Positions 43,451 through 56,600 of a stretch of 64,000 bases of DNA are shown here, one piece after another. Under the pieces are notes generated by a model that worked only from the letters and a program-made list of their open reading frames with translations, was not told the DNA's origin and did not search any database. Position 1 is the first letter of the stretch; each line of letters opens with the position of its first letter. The position numbers and the translations under genes are program-made. The stretch is taken from assembly GCA_965235115.1 (NCBI GenBank), contig OZ249436.1:34536001-34600000 (forward strand). Reading direction: 5' to 3'. The stretch is from Laetmonice hystrix (lineage: Eukaryota).

Positions 43451-44548
43451 CAAACTTACAAGTTGAACCCAACAGCCAGTGATTTGCCGACACATGTAGG
43501 CCTGTAGCCAAATTATAGATGCTTGCAAGGGTAAGACCCAGCATGTAGTTTCAGAGATAGGCCTACAAGGGGGACCTGACGTGACGCCTTTACCCCCCCC
43601 CCCCATGATCTGACGCCTTTATCCCTACGTCTGCCTCATGATCTGACGCCTTTACCCCCTCTTCCCCATGATCTGACGCCTTTATCCCCTCTCCCCCATG
43701 ATCTGACGCCTTTATCCCCCCTCTCCCCCATGATCTGACACCTTTAACCCCCCCCCTCCCCATGATCCGACGCCTTTACCCCCCCCCCCAATTGTGATTG
43801 CGTCCGTGTTCTCCGTAAGAGTATAACTTATTATACAAACTTACAAGTTGAACCCAACAGCCAGTGATTTGCCGACACATGTAGGCCTGTAGCCAAATTA
43901 TAGATGCTTGCAAGGGTAAGACCCAGCATGTAGTTTCAGAGATAGGCCTACAAGGGGGACCTGACGTGACGCCTTTACACCACCCCCCCCCCCCATGATC
44001 TGGCGCCTTTATCCCCCTCCCCCATGATCTGACGCCTTTACCCCACCTCTCCCATGATCTGACGCCTTTACCCCCCCCCATGATCTGACACCTTTAACCC
44101 CCCCCCCCTCCCCATGATCCGACGCCTTTACCCCCCCCCCCAATTGTGATTGCGTCCGTGTTCTCCGTAAGAGTATAACTTATTATACAAACTTACAAGT
44201 TGAACCCAACAGCCAGTGATTTGCCGACACATGTAGGCCTGTAGCCAAATTATAGATGCTTGCAAGGGTAAGACCCAGCATGTAGTTTCAGAGATAGGCC
44301 TACAAGGGGGACCTGACGTGACGCCTTTACCCCCCCCCCCCCCCATGATCTGACGCCTTTACCCCCCTCCCCCATGATCTGACGCCTTTATCCCCTCTCC
44401 CCCATGATCTGACGCCTTTATCCCCCCTCTCCCCCATGATCTGACACCTTTAACCCCCCCCCCTCCCCATGATCCGACGCCTTTACCCCCCCCCCCCCAA
44501 TTGTGATTGCGTCCGTGTTCTCCGTAAGAGTATAAATTATTATACAAA
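43451..44548. repeat. Tandem triplication of a 352-385 bp unit containing a nested ~28-30 bp minisatellite
   Basis: Units start at 43451, 43836 and 44188 (CAAACTTACAAGTTGAACCCAACAGCCAGT...). Each carries 5-6 copies of ATGATCTGACGCCTTTA followed by a C-rich tract. Confidence 0.96.
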
Positions 44549-45126
44549 ATATTTGCCTCATGCAATATCAGTTTCCAGAGTGCCATAAAATTAATGTTCA
44601 TATTTCACTCAAACAAGTGCCATATTTGTTTTATTTTATGACTGACGCACTTTCCCTGTCCTGATTGGTCAATTCCACATATTTGCCCTATGACTAGTGC
44701 CATAAAAGTATGCAGGGATTAGTATATTCTTTATTGCTCACCATTCCTTGAAGCTCTAGTCTAGAAACTAAGAGTCTTATAGAATGTCTTTATAGAAAGG
44801 TTTTTGCTTAAGAAAGTAACGTAGATTTAATTAGGCCTAACAAAGATAATAACATAATATGTTATTTAAGACCGATGACACATACATATGAACTATAAAA
44901 AGATGTAGCCCTATATATAGTTCTACAATCACGATGGAAAATAAACGAATTACTGAAATAATTAGCAAATCACGAATATCTCGATGACGTAGAGTCAGCG
45001 ATATTTTCAAACTGGTAGAAAATGGCAAATGTAAACAAAGTTTAAATTGAGGAGACTTGAGCGGCGACCCAGATAGTCGTATAAGTTAGCATAATATGGC
45101 ATCTTCTGACTCGGCAATGTGTTACT

Positions 45127-45420
45127 CAATCTAATTAAAATTAGATCTTGGTATTCCGCGTCTCTCTCGGCTGAGTCTGTGCTGGCTGCGCTCCATACCT
45201 AGATCTAAGGAAACCCCATTAGGGGTCACCTCAGGTTGACCTCTGGATTCAGCCAATCAGCGAGTCGCCTACGAAATCTTCGGTGTGCGCTCGTAGGCAT
45301 TTTCAACGGCACACTTGAATCTGGGTCAAAGGTCAGCCTGAGGTGACCCCATACGCGATGCCGTTAGATCCTAGTATGGAGCGCATGCGAAATAACTAAG
45401 ACCTAATTTTAATTAGATTG
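45127..45420. mobile_element. Palindromic MITE with 9-bp target-site duplication (Mutator/MULE-like)
   Basis: Termini CAATCTAATTAAAATTAG / CTAATTTTAATTAGATTG are reverse complements. Internal arms also pair (GCGCTCCATAC / GTATGGAGCGC; GGGGTCACCTCAGGTTGACC / GGTCAGCCTGAGGTGACCCC). Flanked by direct repeat TGTGTTACT at 45118-45126 and 45421-45429. Confidence 0.88.
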
Positions 45421-46336
45421 TGTGTTACTATGCCTTACACAGTTTATTCTTGGGGTACTTATAATGCCTCTATCAAAATTAAGGTTGATTTTGTTACTTT
45501 TAGATATTCGTGGTTTGCTTTCGATATCGATGAGATCGCAACAACTCGAGCCCCGATTTACCTATACGATCGTCGGAAGGTCGGGCGGTCAGAACGAAAT
45601 ATTGTGCCGTGTGACACCGGCTTTACCACTGTAAATGCACATTATAATATCGATTCCACTGTAACGTACCAGTACTTTCTCCTGTAACTACCCTATTGCT
45701 GCTAGTATATATTAGAATATACCTTAAATATACATCACATTACCCTGTAAATATATAATCCCGCTTTATAAAAAAAAAGTATTTCATGCTGTATATAAAT
45801 AAACTAAAATAGTGCTAATATACCTTGGAGTCTGCTGTTAATATGCACAACTTCATCCCGTAAATCAGTATCTCCTATTGATATTACTTTTTGCTATAAA
45901 CTTTTTACAGTGTACCGCATTGGTTAGTCCACACATAGTTATTGTTAAAATTCAAAATGCCTCTTTGATACATGGGCAGCTTTACTAAATTCTTCATCAG
46001 CCAGTTACCTATATAACTATATAGGAAAAGGGGGCATGACCCCAATAAAACAGTAGGGGGGGGCAAAGTATGTTTACCCCCCCCCCCCATATTAATCTCT
46101 TAGGCCGATTAATAATGGTTACATTTCCATACTTTCTCCAAACATAATAGAACTTATGGAGCAATGTAAGCATATTCCTACCCTATTAGTCTGTTTTGTC
46201 CCCCCCCCCCACCCACCCAACCACACCCGCACACATTGAAAATAACTTCTTATACGCCTCTGAACTACATGCAGTCTTCATTGAATATAGGATAGCATTC
46301 TTGGCTGACAGCGCCTCGGAAGATTTCGTCCTTTGA

Positions 46337-46421
46337 CACTAGGTGGCGTAAGAGAGGGATGGCTTAGTTCACTACTCATCACTAGATGGCAGCACTACCA
46401 CCAACTCGGCAGATGGCGACA
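46337..46421 (+). promoter_or_regulatory. Cluster of three co-oriented CTCF-like core motifs
   Basis: CACTAGGTGGCG (46337), CACTAGATGGCAGCA (46380) and CGGCAGATGGCGACA (46407), compared with the CTCF core CCASYAGRKGGCRS. Motif resemblance only. Confidence 0.5.
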
Positions 46422-48651
46422 CTATGACTGTCGGCCAATAATTGCCGCACTATGTAGTTTGATTGAGTTGTATTGAGTAGGAGGTGCAGGTGGGGCAGAA
46501 GGTAGATATAGGCCTACGTTTATCTATTTCTGTTTGTGGAATTAGGATGAACAAAAAGGCGTTATTTTAGTAACCGGTTTGTGATATTCTACTGGGACTT
46601 CTGTTCCCATTGTGATAATTTCATCCCGGCTCCCTTGATGGGACTTACTAACAGAAAGCACGACATTTATTAATATGGATGGATTCATCTTTTGATATAG
46701 GCGGGAAATAGATTCAGAGATTGATACGAATGTCTGATGTAAACAGGGAGGTCAGACTTGTTTTAAATGTTTTATGAAATCCCCCCCCCCCCCCCCATTT
46801 TGTTACCTGTTGACTCCAAAGAGGTAATAAACGGTTTCCTAGTCCCGGCCGCTTCAAACTCGCTCCCTGCGCTCCTGGAGGATGTGGTGCCACGTACACT
46901 TACATTATTTGACCACATCCTCCTAACAAAATAGGTTTACCAGATAGGCCAAAACGGCTCCCGTTTTCCCCATTGTTTCATGTCATATCTGCTATCTAGA
47001 TGAACTAATTATATCAGTGATAGGAACAGAACAGGTCTGTCAAATTTATTCCCCCTTTTTTCTACTAGCCTATAGTAAAAGATCTTCGCTTATGGTGAGC
47101 TCATAGAATATTATGAGCAATCATTTTGGGAACCTTGCCTAGAAAATTTAGTCTCCACATAAATCTATAAATTAGCCCCTGCCCCCCCCCCCCCCCCCCA
47201 AAAAAAAAATCCGGTTTCTGGTATGCGCGCGCGTCACCTCAGAAGCAGCGCATCATGAGCGCCTTTTTTTTCGCCCTCACCTATATAGCATTAATGCGTG
47301 AATTGGGATAGCGCTGCACCTGCCACCTAGCTTGAAGGCTTGAAACTAACCATTGTTATAGGGCCGTCGCCTGGCCAATAATCCAAGGGGGGCAGTGTCC
47401 CCTGAACATTAACCAGTTGGGTTATTCCCTCATGATAACTTCCCCGACCAAAGTTCGTGGGTTTTAAGTTATCATGAGCGATGTATCCCACATAGGGGCC
47501 TAGGCCTACCGCGTGATTACGCGTCATTGCTGGTCGAGCTGGGGTCTGGGTAAATAAAAACCTGAAAATGTCCCCCTTGCCACCCCCCGCTGGCTGATTC
47601 TTGTAATGAGTATAGTTCATTAACACTGCAATGGGTGCATGTAACGTTTTATTTTTAAACGTCCTTCTTATGTGTTCATTTTACATGACAATTCTTGTGA
47701 GGCTTATCATTTCAGCCAGATTTTTCGGGCAATCCGTCGGGAAAAAAATCGGGCAGTATTAGCGAAAAGATCGGGTGAATTTTGCCCGATTATATGATGC
47801 TAGAAAATCGGTCATCGATTTTTCGGGAAACATCCTCTTGCCCTGCGACAAAAATAATTTTGGAGTGTCTCCAATGGTGAAGCATGGCCGCCTGGTGGCA
47901 ATCTGCCAAACTAAAGCAACACACAAGCGTCCTCTTGTGGTGAATTTGGAAACTTAGTGCTCAGAATGTTCAAAGCAGTTCGACATAAACACTGTTACAG
48001 TGCCGTAGGGAAATTCGAGGGGGCGGGGTATACACGGTATAGATTGGTATAGAGACGAGATTCCAAATATTATAATTAATGTTTAATTAATATATATAAT
48101 TAAATCATTTGGATTATTATCTGCCCTAACAGATGTGCGATTTTTTTTTAATGAATTGATGATTTTTACCAGCTCTTCATTCATGTTAGGGCACTGGACC
48201 ATGGTATTTTCTGTTGCAGTGTCACAAACAGATTGTTTACTTTATGCTGCTACAACGATACGAAAGCTAATTTTACAAAACTTACATGATTTTTACGGGC
48301 GGTTTTATTTCCATTAAATCTTAACATACTTGGCTTCAAATTTGTGGCTGGGGGAGTTATGTACTGCACAAAAAGGAGTTACAACAGCTATCAGCTATCC
48401 AAGTCATTAACTGCAGATGAGCCACCGGTATCATGATCAGATCTGGGTGCTGGTTTGGAATCAATTATCTTAGACTGCTTATTGAAGTTCCTTAATGATA
48501 CTGCATAAATAAATAATGTTCAGCACAAGTGATTAAACCTATGATACCCAAGTAGCCGGCTATACTGCAGGACTAGCGGCATGGTGCAAATTACGATAAT
48601 GATGTGGCCGACCACAACGCCGCAACCATAGAAAACCAGATGGGTGGGTTA

Positions 48652-48680
48652 GGTGGTGGTGGTGGTGGTGGTGGTGATGG
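48652..48680. repeat. (GGT)n microsatellite in a G-rich tract
   Basis: Directly visible; source of the poly-His in spurious ORF 48560..48859. Confidence 0.88.
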
Positions 48681-49627
48681 TGTTGGATGCAGTGGTGTTC
48701 AAGTGGGTGGATTGGGGGGGGGGGGGGGCTGAGCTTGCTGATAATGCGTGCAAGCCCAGGGGGAACGTGAAGGCTAGGGGATGCTGAAAAGCAACAATGT
48801 CCCCTAAGTAGGTTTGCTGCAGAGGAAAAAGTACATCGTTGGAAGATTAATCGCGACAAAAATTTCGAAACCTTTCATTCATAATGAAGGCTGCATTATT
48901 TACGCCTTCTCTGGCGCTCAAGCGGAGCTAACGCTGTCTCGGAGATAAGAATCAAAGTGGGTAATGATGTACGATGGCATTCAAGCTTTGGATGGCGCAC
49001 CGCGCGCTGTACTGCAAACACTGAGGGACGGATGGTGACGTAGTCGTAATAATAAATAAAACCCAAGAAAAACCGTCTATAGCTCAATTAGCACTAACAT
49101 TCAGCGCTCGGCCTTAAAGGCGGCCAGCAGATCAAAATATTTTTGATGGGTTTCAAGTTAAATAAGAAAGCTTTGCATAGCGTTGTTACTTAAATTTACT
49201 TGTGTTAAATCGGTGTCAAAAGTTGGCAACATATTATTTATGAATCATTTTACCACCAATATTCTCGTATGAGATCGTATTCTGACTGAAGAACTACATG
49301 GTACTTGCGCTTATCTTCCTGCAAATTCCAGTTAAGGAGCTTTCTCTTTTAAAATTCAAACCTATTGTTTATTAATTCGATGAGATGGATTTTCCACTTA
49401 GCCAACTCTTTCCACAAATGGTGTGGATATTTGATTGTGTGAATGGGTACAGATAATATGAGTTTTTCTCTATTGAGTGCAAGAAAACAGAATCCACTGG
49501 GTCTGAAAATGGCCGTCTTTCTATTTTCATCCTCTTACCAAGGACGTTCAAGGACATTAAAGCACCTTTGTAATATTTTACTGTTTTTTTAACTATTTAT
49601 TTACTGTTTGTAAAATTTTATTAATCT

Positions 49628-49774
49628 GTACCAATCACATTGGTTGTGAATCAAAACCAATGTGGCAATGACCAACTCATTAGTTACGAGTTAACCAAAT
49701 TCTTGGTTAAAACAACCAATATAGGCTGAACCAATGAGATTGGTTGTGTTTTCAACCAAACTGTTTTAAGAGTG
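49628..49774. mobile_element. Single terminus of a CACTA/EnSpm-like DNA element
   Basis: Ends TTTTAAGAGTG (reverse complement CACTCTTAAAA), preceded by many AACCAA/TTGGTT subterminal repeats in both orientations. I could not find the partner end. Confidence 0.45.
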
Positions 49775-50397
49775 TACAATCAATCCCACATCGTCTGCAT
49801 GATGTTTAAAATTTACATGAATAATAATCCATATATGCCAACAACAACAAATAAAACCCACCAACCCATCATTCTCTCTTTGCAATCATTATTTTTATGA
49901 ATAGGGTCTATGAATTGTCTGAGTCTTACCTTTTCACATTTGGGGCTAATGAGTGACTGTGCTACAATACAGTGTGCTATGTGTTCAAGATTTTAAAAGT
50001 TTTATTCTCAGACAAAATATGATAATGCCACTATGTCCTTAAACATGATGGATACAGCTGAGATGTTGGTTGTTTTCTGATGTGTTGACCGATGATCTTT
50101 ATAATTTCTCTATAAAATAAAATTTAAATCAAATGTACCCAACTATATATCCGCCATATTTACAACAAAACACAACACTATTTCAGAGGAATGACAGGAA
50201 TGTATATTTAAAATAAAACCAATAACCTCTATTTCAGCTAATAAAGAGTCAAAATATCATTATCTGCTTAGGTGTGACGTTTCAAACATGCGTTGGTGAC
50301 CCTGTTTCGATCGATTTTATTGGGAACACGACCTGCCATCTAGTGGCTAGTCTTAGAACTATTGTCCAAGTCTGTCTGATGGAGGTACAGGGTCAAT

Positions 50398-50971
50398 CGC
50401 AATCGGGAATCCTCGGCCATTTCTGAGAAAGTAGCCTCGGGTGAATTCAGCGCCATTTTGAGCATTGCACCGCGGGTACGTTGAGCCGGGACTCCGGCCA
50501 TCATGAAAGTGTTTGCAGTATTTTGTCTGCATCTGGTATGGAAGCAACAAAAATAGGCCTCTAGTGCTCTTCCCAAAGCAAGTGGGCAATATTACGATAG
50601 TATCATATGTTCATGATACAAGTAGTCCTACCATGTGTTGTGTTGTTGCCGTTCATGGGCGCGACCATATTGCTTCTCATAATTTGATAAATTACCTTAT
50701 CACGCCTTTTTAGGTAAATTAGGTGATTCGTTTTTCTTCTTCAAATGTTCCACGTCATACTAGAAATCTATATTTGCACATACGACGCCGAAGGAACAGG
50801 TTTCAATAATGCACTACTTCCTGGCTCGATTGGATATATGACGGTTACCTCACTGCCTTGCTACACAGGTCCATTTCGTCATGTATCTCGTTGCCACAAT
50901 GGCGCTCAAATCACCCGAGGGTATTTTCGAACAGCAGGAACTGACGTTATATGCCAGAGGGAATCCCGAAT
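50398..50971. mobile_element. Degenerate non-autonomous DNA element with inverted subterminal arms, possible 8-bp TSD
   Basis: 50428-50460 pairs with ~50895-50927 (CCTCGGGTGAATTCAGCGCCATT / AATGGCGCTCAAATCACCCGAGG); CGGGAATCC / GGAATCCCG near the ends; direct repeat GGGTCAAT at 50390-50397 and 50972-50979. Confidence 0.6.
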
Positions 50972-50975
50972 GGGT

Positions 50976-51472
50976 CAATTTGAACGACCGAGCCATTTCC
51001 GGTTTACTTTGCTATTCGGGAACTAGACTCGGGTAGCAAAAGTGTAGAAATCCTACAGACATTTAACGGCAATCCGCCGGAAGTGTGGTGTGGTCTCTGA
51101 TCCGCCCGATTGAAAATTTAGTGCAACCGATTGACGAATTGTTTTAGGTGTTGTGTGCATGTAAACAACTTTTCACCAACAGTTACTGTCCAACTAAAGG
51201 GCAAACGAAGGCTGTCGCTCGCATATTGCACCGCAATTCAACATTTTCCAAGGGAGTCTCCATTGAAGGAGTAAGGCGCCATTATAGTAAAAGTCGGACT
51301 GCCGAAATCGTATTGTTACATCAAGTAACCTGTTACTTGTTTGCTCATTATCAACATGTACAGTTGGTGAAAAGTTGTTTATGCACAAAACACCTAAAAC
51401 CGTTGGTCAATCGACTGCATCGACTTTCCCGAATGGCAAAGTAACCCGGAAATAGCTCGGTCGTTCCGATTG
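50976..51472. mobile_element. Foldback/MITE-like element with long inverted arms
   Basis: 50982-51022 is the reverse complement of 51426-51466 (41 bp, 3 mismatches). Inner arms ~51122-51182 and ~51359-51419 also pair, with a few mismatches and a 2-nt indel. Confidence 0.8.
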
Positions 51473-53552
51473 GTACGAGGTATGTGAGGTACTCTTGGAT
51501 CACTACGCTTATAATTGGTGACAGCAATATGTAGCCCCCCCCCCCTACACGTGAAACAATGTGCATAATTATATTACCACTAGACACGAATGGATCAAAA
51601 GGGGAACCCCCACAAAGGTGATGGTTTTAGTGACGTCCTGTCTTGGTCCCTTGCTATCTGGGGATGAAATTCAGAAACCCGGAAGTCAATCTCATTTGAG
51701 ATGCCACTTTCCAAAATACCCCCAGCCCCCACCCGTATGAATTACTTTCTCATTATAAACTCATAATAACAAATTCACTAACTTCGAGTTTCCTCGTGTT
51801 AGTGCGGCAACATGACTTTAGCTCTTGAACATCAGGCATGAGCTCGGTCACACGTCGCTATGGCAACATGAGCTCAATGTTGGACACTGATCACTGTTCC
51901 ATGCCAGTATGGCAGTAGACACAATGAGCTCAGTCGTAATCACTTATTACGGTCTCCATTCTTTATTGGTACGACAACACGAGCTATGTTGGTAATGTCT
52001 AGTAGGCCTACTCTCATAATAATACTTGAATAGCTTACAATACGTATACATACATATACCACATCCATTGTGTGATGGACAGACTGAGAGAAAGACTGTA
52101 TCAAACAGTCTGATGTTGTAGACCTGAACAAGCCACACACGAAGATGCGTAATCTGATGAAAAGCATTTTAAGCTAAGGAGACGCATTATCATTACGCCA
52201 CAATGTACCAACAGCGTTAAGGGACGCTTCCTTTGACGGGCGTTAATCTACATCCATAACTAATTACATGCTACTGAACACAAATAAGGTTCTTCCTCTA
52301 ATGATTGTAAAAGCTTCTTATGAGATCCATAATATCATTCAATGAAGTCTATCTAGAAACGACCATGAATGATTTAATACGATTCCTAATATGGCTTCAG
52401 CGCCGCGCCAAAAACTGGTCTCTTATTTCAATCCGCTCGCTTGCAGAATCCACTGTCTGTTGGCCCACAAATACCAAACAACGAGAGAAAGACTGAAGGA
52501 GCCAGCAGGAAAGAGCCATATTTTGCCGACCGCAATTAATGATGATGCGGGGACGATTGAATGATAGCTAGCTGAATCCAGTCCCATTTAGGATTTTTGC
52601 ATGTGCAGTGTTTCTGTCGTGACTAATTAGGAACAAAAACCAATAGATCTGGCGACGCATTGAAACCGTCACAATTATGCCCAGCAAGCTACGTGTGATT
52701 ATCAGCTTGCGTATATGCAATACAATTATTCACTAGCGGTGCGCAATCATCGCTGCCATTGACTGTATTATCGCTCGATGATATAGAAGATGCGGCCGAT
52801 ATAAAGTGGCCTACTGTGTTGGTAATTACGTGAAAGCATTCTGTATATCAATATTGACGACACAAAAGGCTAGAACATAGTACCTTATAGACCATGCAGA
52901 GACAGAATCCATCTCCCATATAGTCAGCGTTATACACAGAAGCTGGCTGTTATATAATGCCGTACCGTCGCTATGGCAACAAATAAAAATGCAAACGCTT
53001 GGAAGGGGATAGAGACACCATGATTTAACTCGTAATTACTTTTTAAAGAAAAGGCCGGTGCATTCCTTGCGTATAATAAAGGTTGTCTAACAAGAACTGT
53101 TCCCCGCCTAATTCATCACCTATCTCTAATGAGGCGATGTAACTGGCAGTTCACTAATAACTGCATGGTCCTCAGTCAATTATTTCATTCCGTATCCGTA
53201 ATAAATAACTAAATACAATAGCCTTATACAGCACATGCTCTCAATATATTGTTATGGATCGTGGCTAAATTATATTGTTCAGATTATAATACTAGTCTTG
53301 TAATATGACATTATAATCACACTGTAATTAGTGACACATAACTTCATATATTGTATCGTGTTGTAGTAAACTGTTCCCCCATGTAACACATATCTGACAT
53401 GCGTTGCATAAACACATTTTAAGTTGGCTGAGGCGCTTGTTGATATCGATATGATGAGCATACACATACAGTTATGAATGGCGGCCCTTGCACTGCTCAT
53501 TAAAGGTAAGGTACTGCTAATTCCATCTTAGACGTGTGATTTCGCGAAAAAA

Positions 53553-53610
53553 TGTTTATAGAGAACTTCGACAGAGTAATTTGTTTATAGAGAACTTCGA
53601 CAAGGTAATT
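53553..53610. repeat. 29-bp tandem duplication
   Basis: TGTTTATAGAGAACTTCGACA..GTAATT occurs twice head-to-tail. Confidence 0.88.
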
Positions 53611-56600
53611 CGCAATTTCTGTGTGGTATTAACGCCTTTTGTATAAAAATGGTCTAAAAATAAAGCGTGATGTAGGCTTTACGAACTGGCAGGGACCGAA
53701 GTATTCCGATGGTACTGGCGGGGTTTTGAGGGATGCCGCAATGTCCGATCTGATCTCACCGGAATTATCATCGATTTCAATAGTTTTTCGGGTGTATTCG
53801 CCATAATGGTACATGTCATCGCAGAGAGTTTGTAGTACTTACTATAATGCAGGTTGGGGCGGCAAGCGGAGATTTGACACTTTTCTGTGATTTCAGAATT
53901 GGCCTTGCTTATCACTGTTCTAGGAACAGGGGAGCAAGGGGCGCAGGTGCCCCCCCCCCGACACACACACTTTTCCGGGTGGGGGGGGGAGATATATTTG
54001 TCCCCCCTAACTTTCAGACCCTGAATGTTTACCTAACAACGGATCCGGCTCGCTTTTGGAAATGGTGCTTTTGTAAAGGCGTTTTGGATTCAATTGGTCG
54101 TAGCAAGGGTGGTTTTCGGGTTGCCCGGAAACCCCGCCCCACCCCCCACCCCCCAAAATGAATAGCTAATGAAATAACTAAATAGATATAAATGAATTAC
54201 TAATAATATGTTTGGGAACCCCCGCCATCTCAGTTGGAATCCCCCCCCCCCATATCTCAGTTCTGCCTTCACCCCTGGGTGGTAGGGCGACATCTCCTTA
54301 CCCCCCCCCCCCCCAAAAAAAAAAAAAAAAATAAATAAATAAATAACAGTAAGAATAAAAGGATTACTAATTGTTATCGAATATAGAAACTTAATTTCAA
54401 TTATTAAAATAGTCCCCCTTTAATTTCTACAAACTGAAATGGCTGTTATAGTTTCTAAGAAATGTTTACAGCGTGTCGACTTTGAATTTGCTGGATCTGT
54501 TGAACGATACAAAATTGCCGAGGAGAGTAAAAGCTATTAATTTCACTGAAGACGATTCAGGATAAGAAAGTACATTTCCATATTATAATGTTCCAGGCTT
54601 AACCACCAGGAACAATAATTCTCCGAATAAAAGGTATCATCAACACGCCAGGGAATAGTGGGCCGGTATGCAGAGTGAGGCTTTCAGGTTAGGACAAGAT
54701 TTTGTATCACTTAATCGATCAGGATGACTTAAACATCGTGCAATATTCTGCGTCTGATTAGGAACAAATCACTTGATGATACCAATTTAAAAAAAAAAAA
54801 AGTTCTCCATTTCTAAACCCACTGTGCGTGAATCACAATAAAAGACTTTATACTCTCTGAAGACAGATGAACAATCTTCGCTTCCCTTTATTCAGTTATA
54901 ATTCTTTTGTAATTTTCTCTCAGCTGCAACAGAAAATTTGACTCGATGCACTTGCATTTTGCATACTTGGGAAACTAATTGAGTGAATGAAATCAGAAGT
55001 GTATACAACCGTACATCCGTCATAACTAAATGTATCTGTAGTTAGTACGACTGCACATGTCATTCTCTGGCTCGTCTGCTGGAATAATGATTTCTGAAGA
55101 CAAAAGATCTAACTGCCCGGCTGCCCGGCTCCAATAATTGCACTATTGTTAAGAGAACGTTGAATAGCGTTATGCACAGAGCCGGACTCCCATTCCAGAC
55201 AGTTACAACTGTAAGTATAAGTCAGAGCTGATCAGTGGCCATCCAGTAATAATGCGATAGAAATTCTTTGATTTCTGAGTCAACTGAGTATTAATGAGGT
55301 GGGTGTGTGTGTGTGTGTGCGTGGGGGGGGGGGTGTTTATTTGGTTAATACAGAGGGACAACTCGAACTATGATAAGAGTAAATATGACCGTTAAGGGGG
55401 ATTCTGAAGGAACTTAATGAAGAGAAGAAGTCTTGTTTCTACGGTAATAATAATATTTACATTGAAATTTGTATAAACCTGATGAAACTTTAACTAAAAA
55501 GTATGGCTACACTAGCACTATTGCGAACAAACAGTACCGGTAATACACTATTAACATAATACAGCAATCATTTTTGTGTAGCCTTCCTTTCCCTTCATTC
55601 AGACGCTCATTCACATGCACTGCTCAGATTGCAAAAGAAAAGAGGAAAACGGACACGCCTGTACAAAACAACCGAATAATTATGAGTAACAGCACACTCA
55701 GCCAGTGATGTTCGTGTTCAGGGAGATTCGATTTGCACTTAAATGCTGCGTGAAATGGCCTTTTGCATCGAGTACGTCAAATCAGCCGGAATCGTACAAT
55801 GACAGCAACAATACAACAAAAACAAACTGACGGATTTCATCTAAAAAATAAATAAATAAAATCCCTTGATTATCTGCCTGATAAGCTTAAGTCCGTGGCT
55901 TTGTACTGGAATGCTGATCTGAATGACAATACTTTTTGGTGTGTCACTTTGTCTACAATGCAGGCTTTCTGTCGCCACATGATTAGGCAGAATGTGGCGT
56001 GGATTCTCCCTGTCGTCAACTCCCTCGCTGCGATTTCTCTTAATCTGCTGCTGCCCATGACAAAACAGAGAGCTTCCATGAAAAAGATGCTCCGGGAAAA
56101 AGATCCTAATACAATAAATTTTTATCCCTCTTTCAATGTGCATTTCGTGCCGTAAAAATGAGAAAGATTGTGTATAGTTCTCTCCTTGGATTTCCATTTA
56201 TAACCGATTCTGTGTAAATGAAGGCTACTTAAAATCGAAACACTTCGATTTTGAAGTGAGCAGTGACAGAGCCACTCGACCGGTTCCCGTCCAGACCGCA
56301 GTCGGCAGGCACCATGAGTACACCCCGCCTCCATCAGCCAGCCTCGCCCGGTCTCCCTCCCCTATCGTGGCGTCCTCATCCCCAAGGCTCATGCAAACAG
56401 CAGCACGATCTCCCCGACCTAGTTCCCCCGGCGCCGAGGCAATATTGGCCGGGCGGCTGGCCGGCTGGCGGGACGATGATCGGGGGGAGGACATCCTCCG
56501 AGGCACGAATCTTACCCCCAGGGTCTAAACCGGCGTAACGACGATCTCTGCCCCGGCACCGGCTTAATTCTGATCTGGCCCACTCACGCCAGTCACGGCA

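Noticed and set aside
43344..44601. Repeated Gly-rich minus-strand ORFs
   Set aside because: Products of the G-tract minisatellite and triplication; frames shift with homopolymer length.
53500..53847. Kolobok-like element (TTAAAGGTAAGGTACT ... AGTACTTACTATAA)
   Set aside because: The right end needs two deletions and a mismatch to pair; too degenerate to call.
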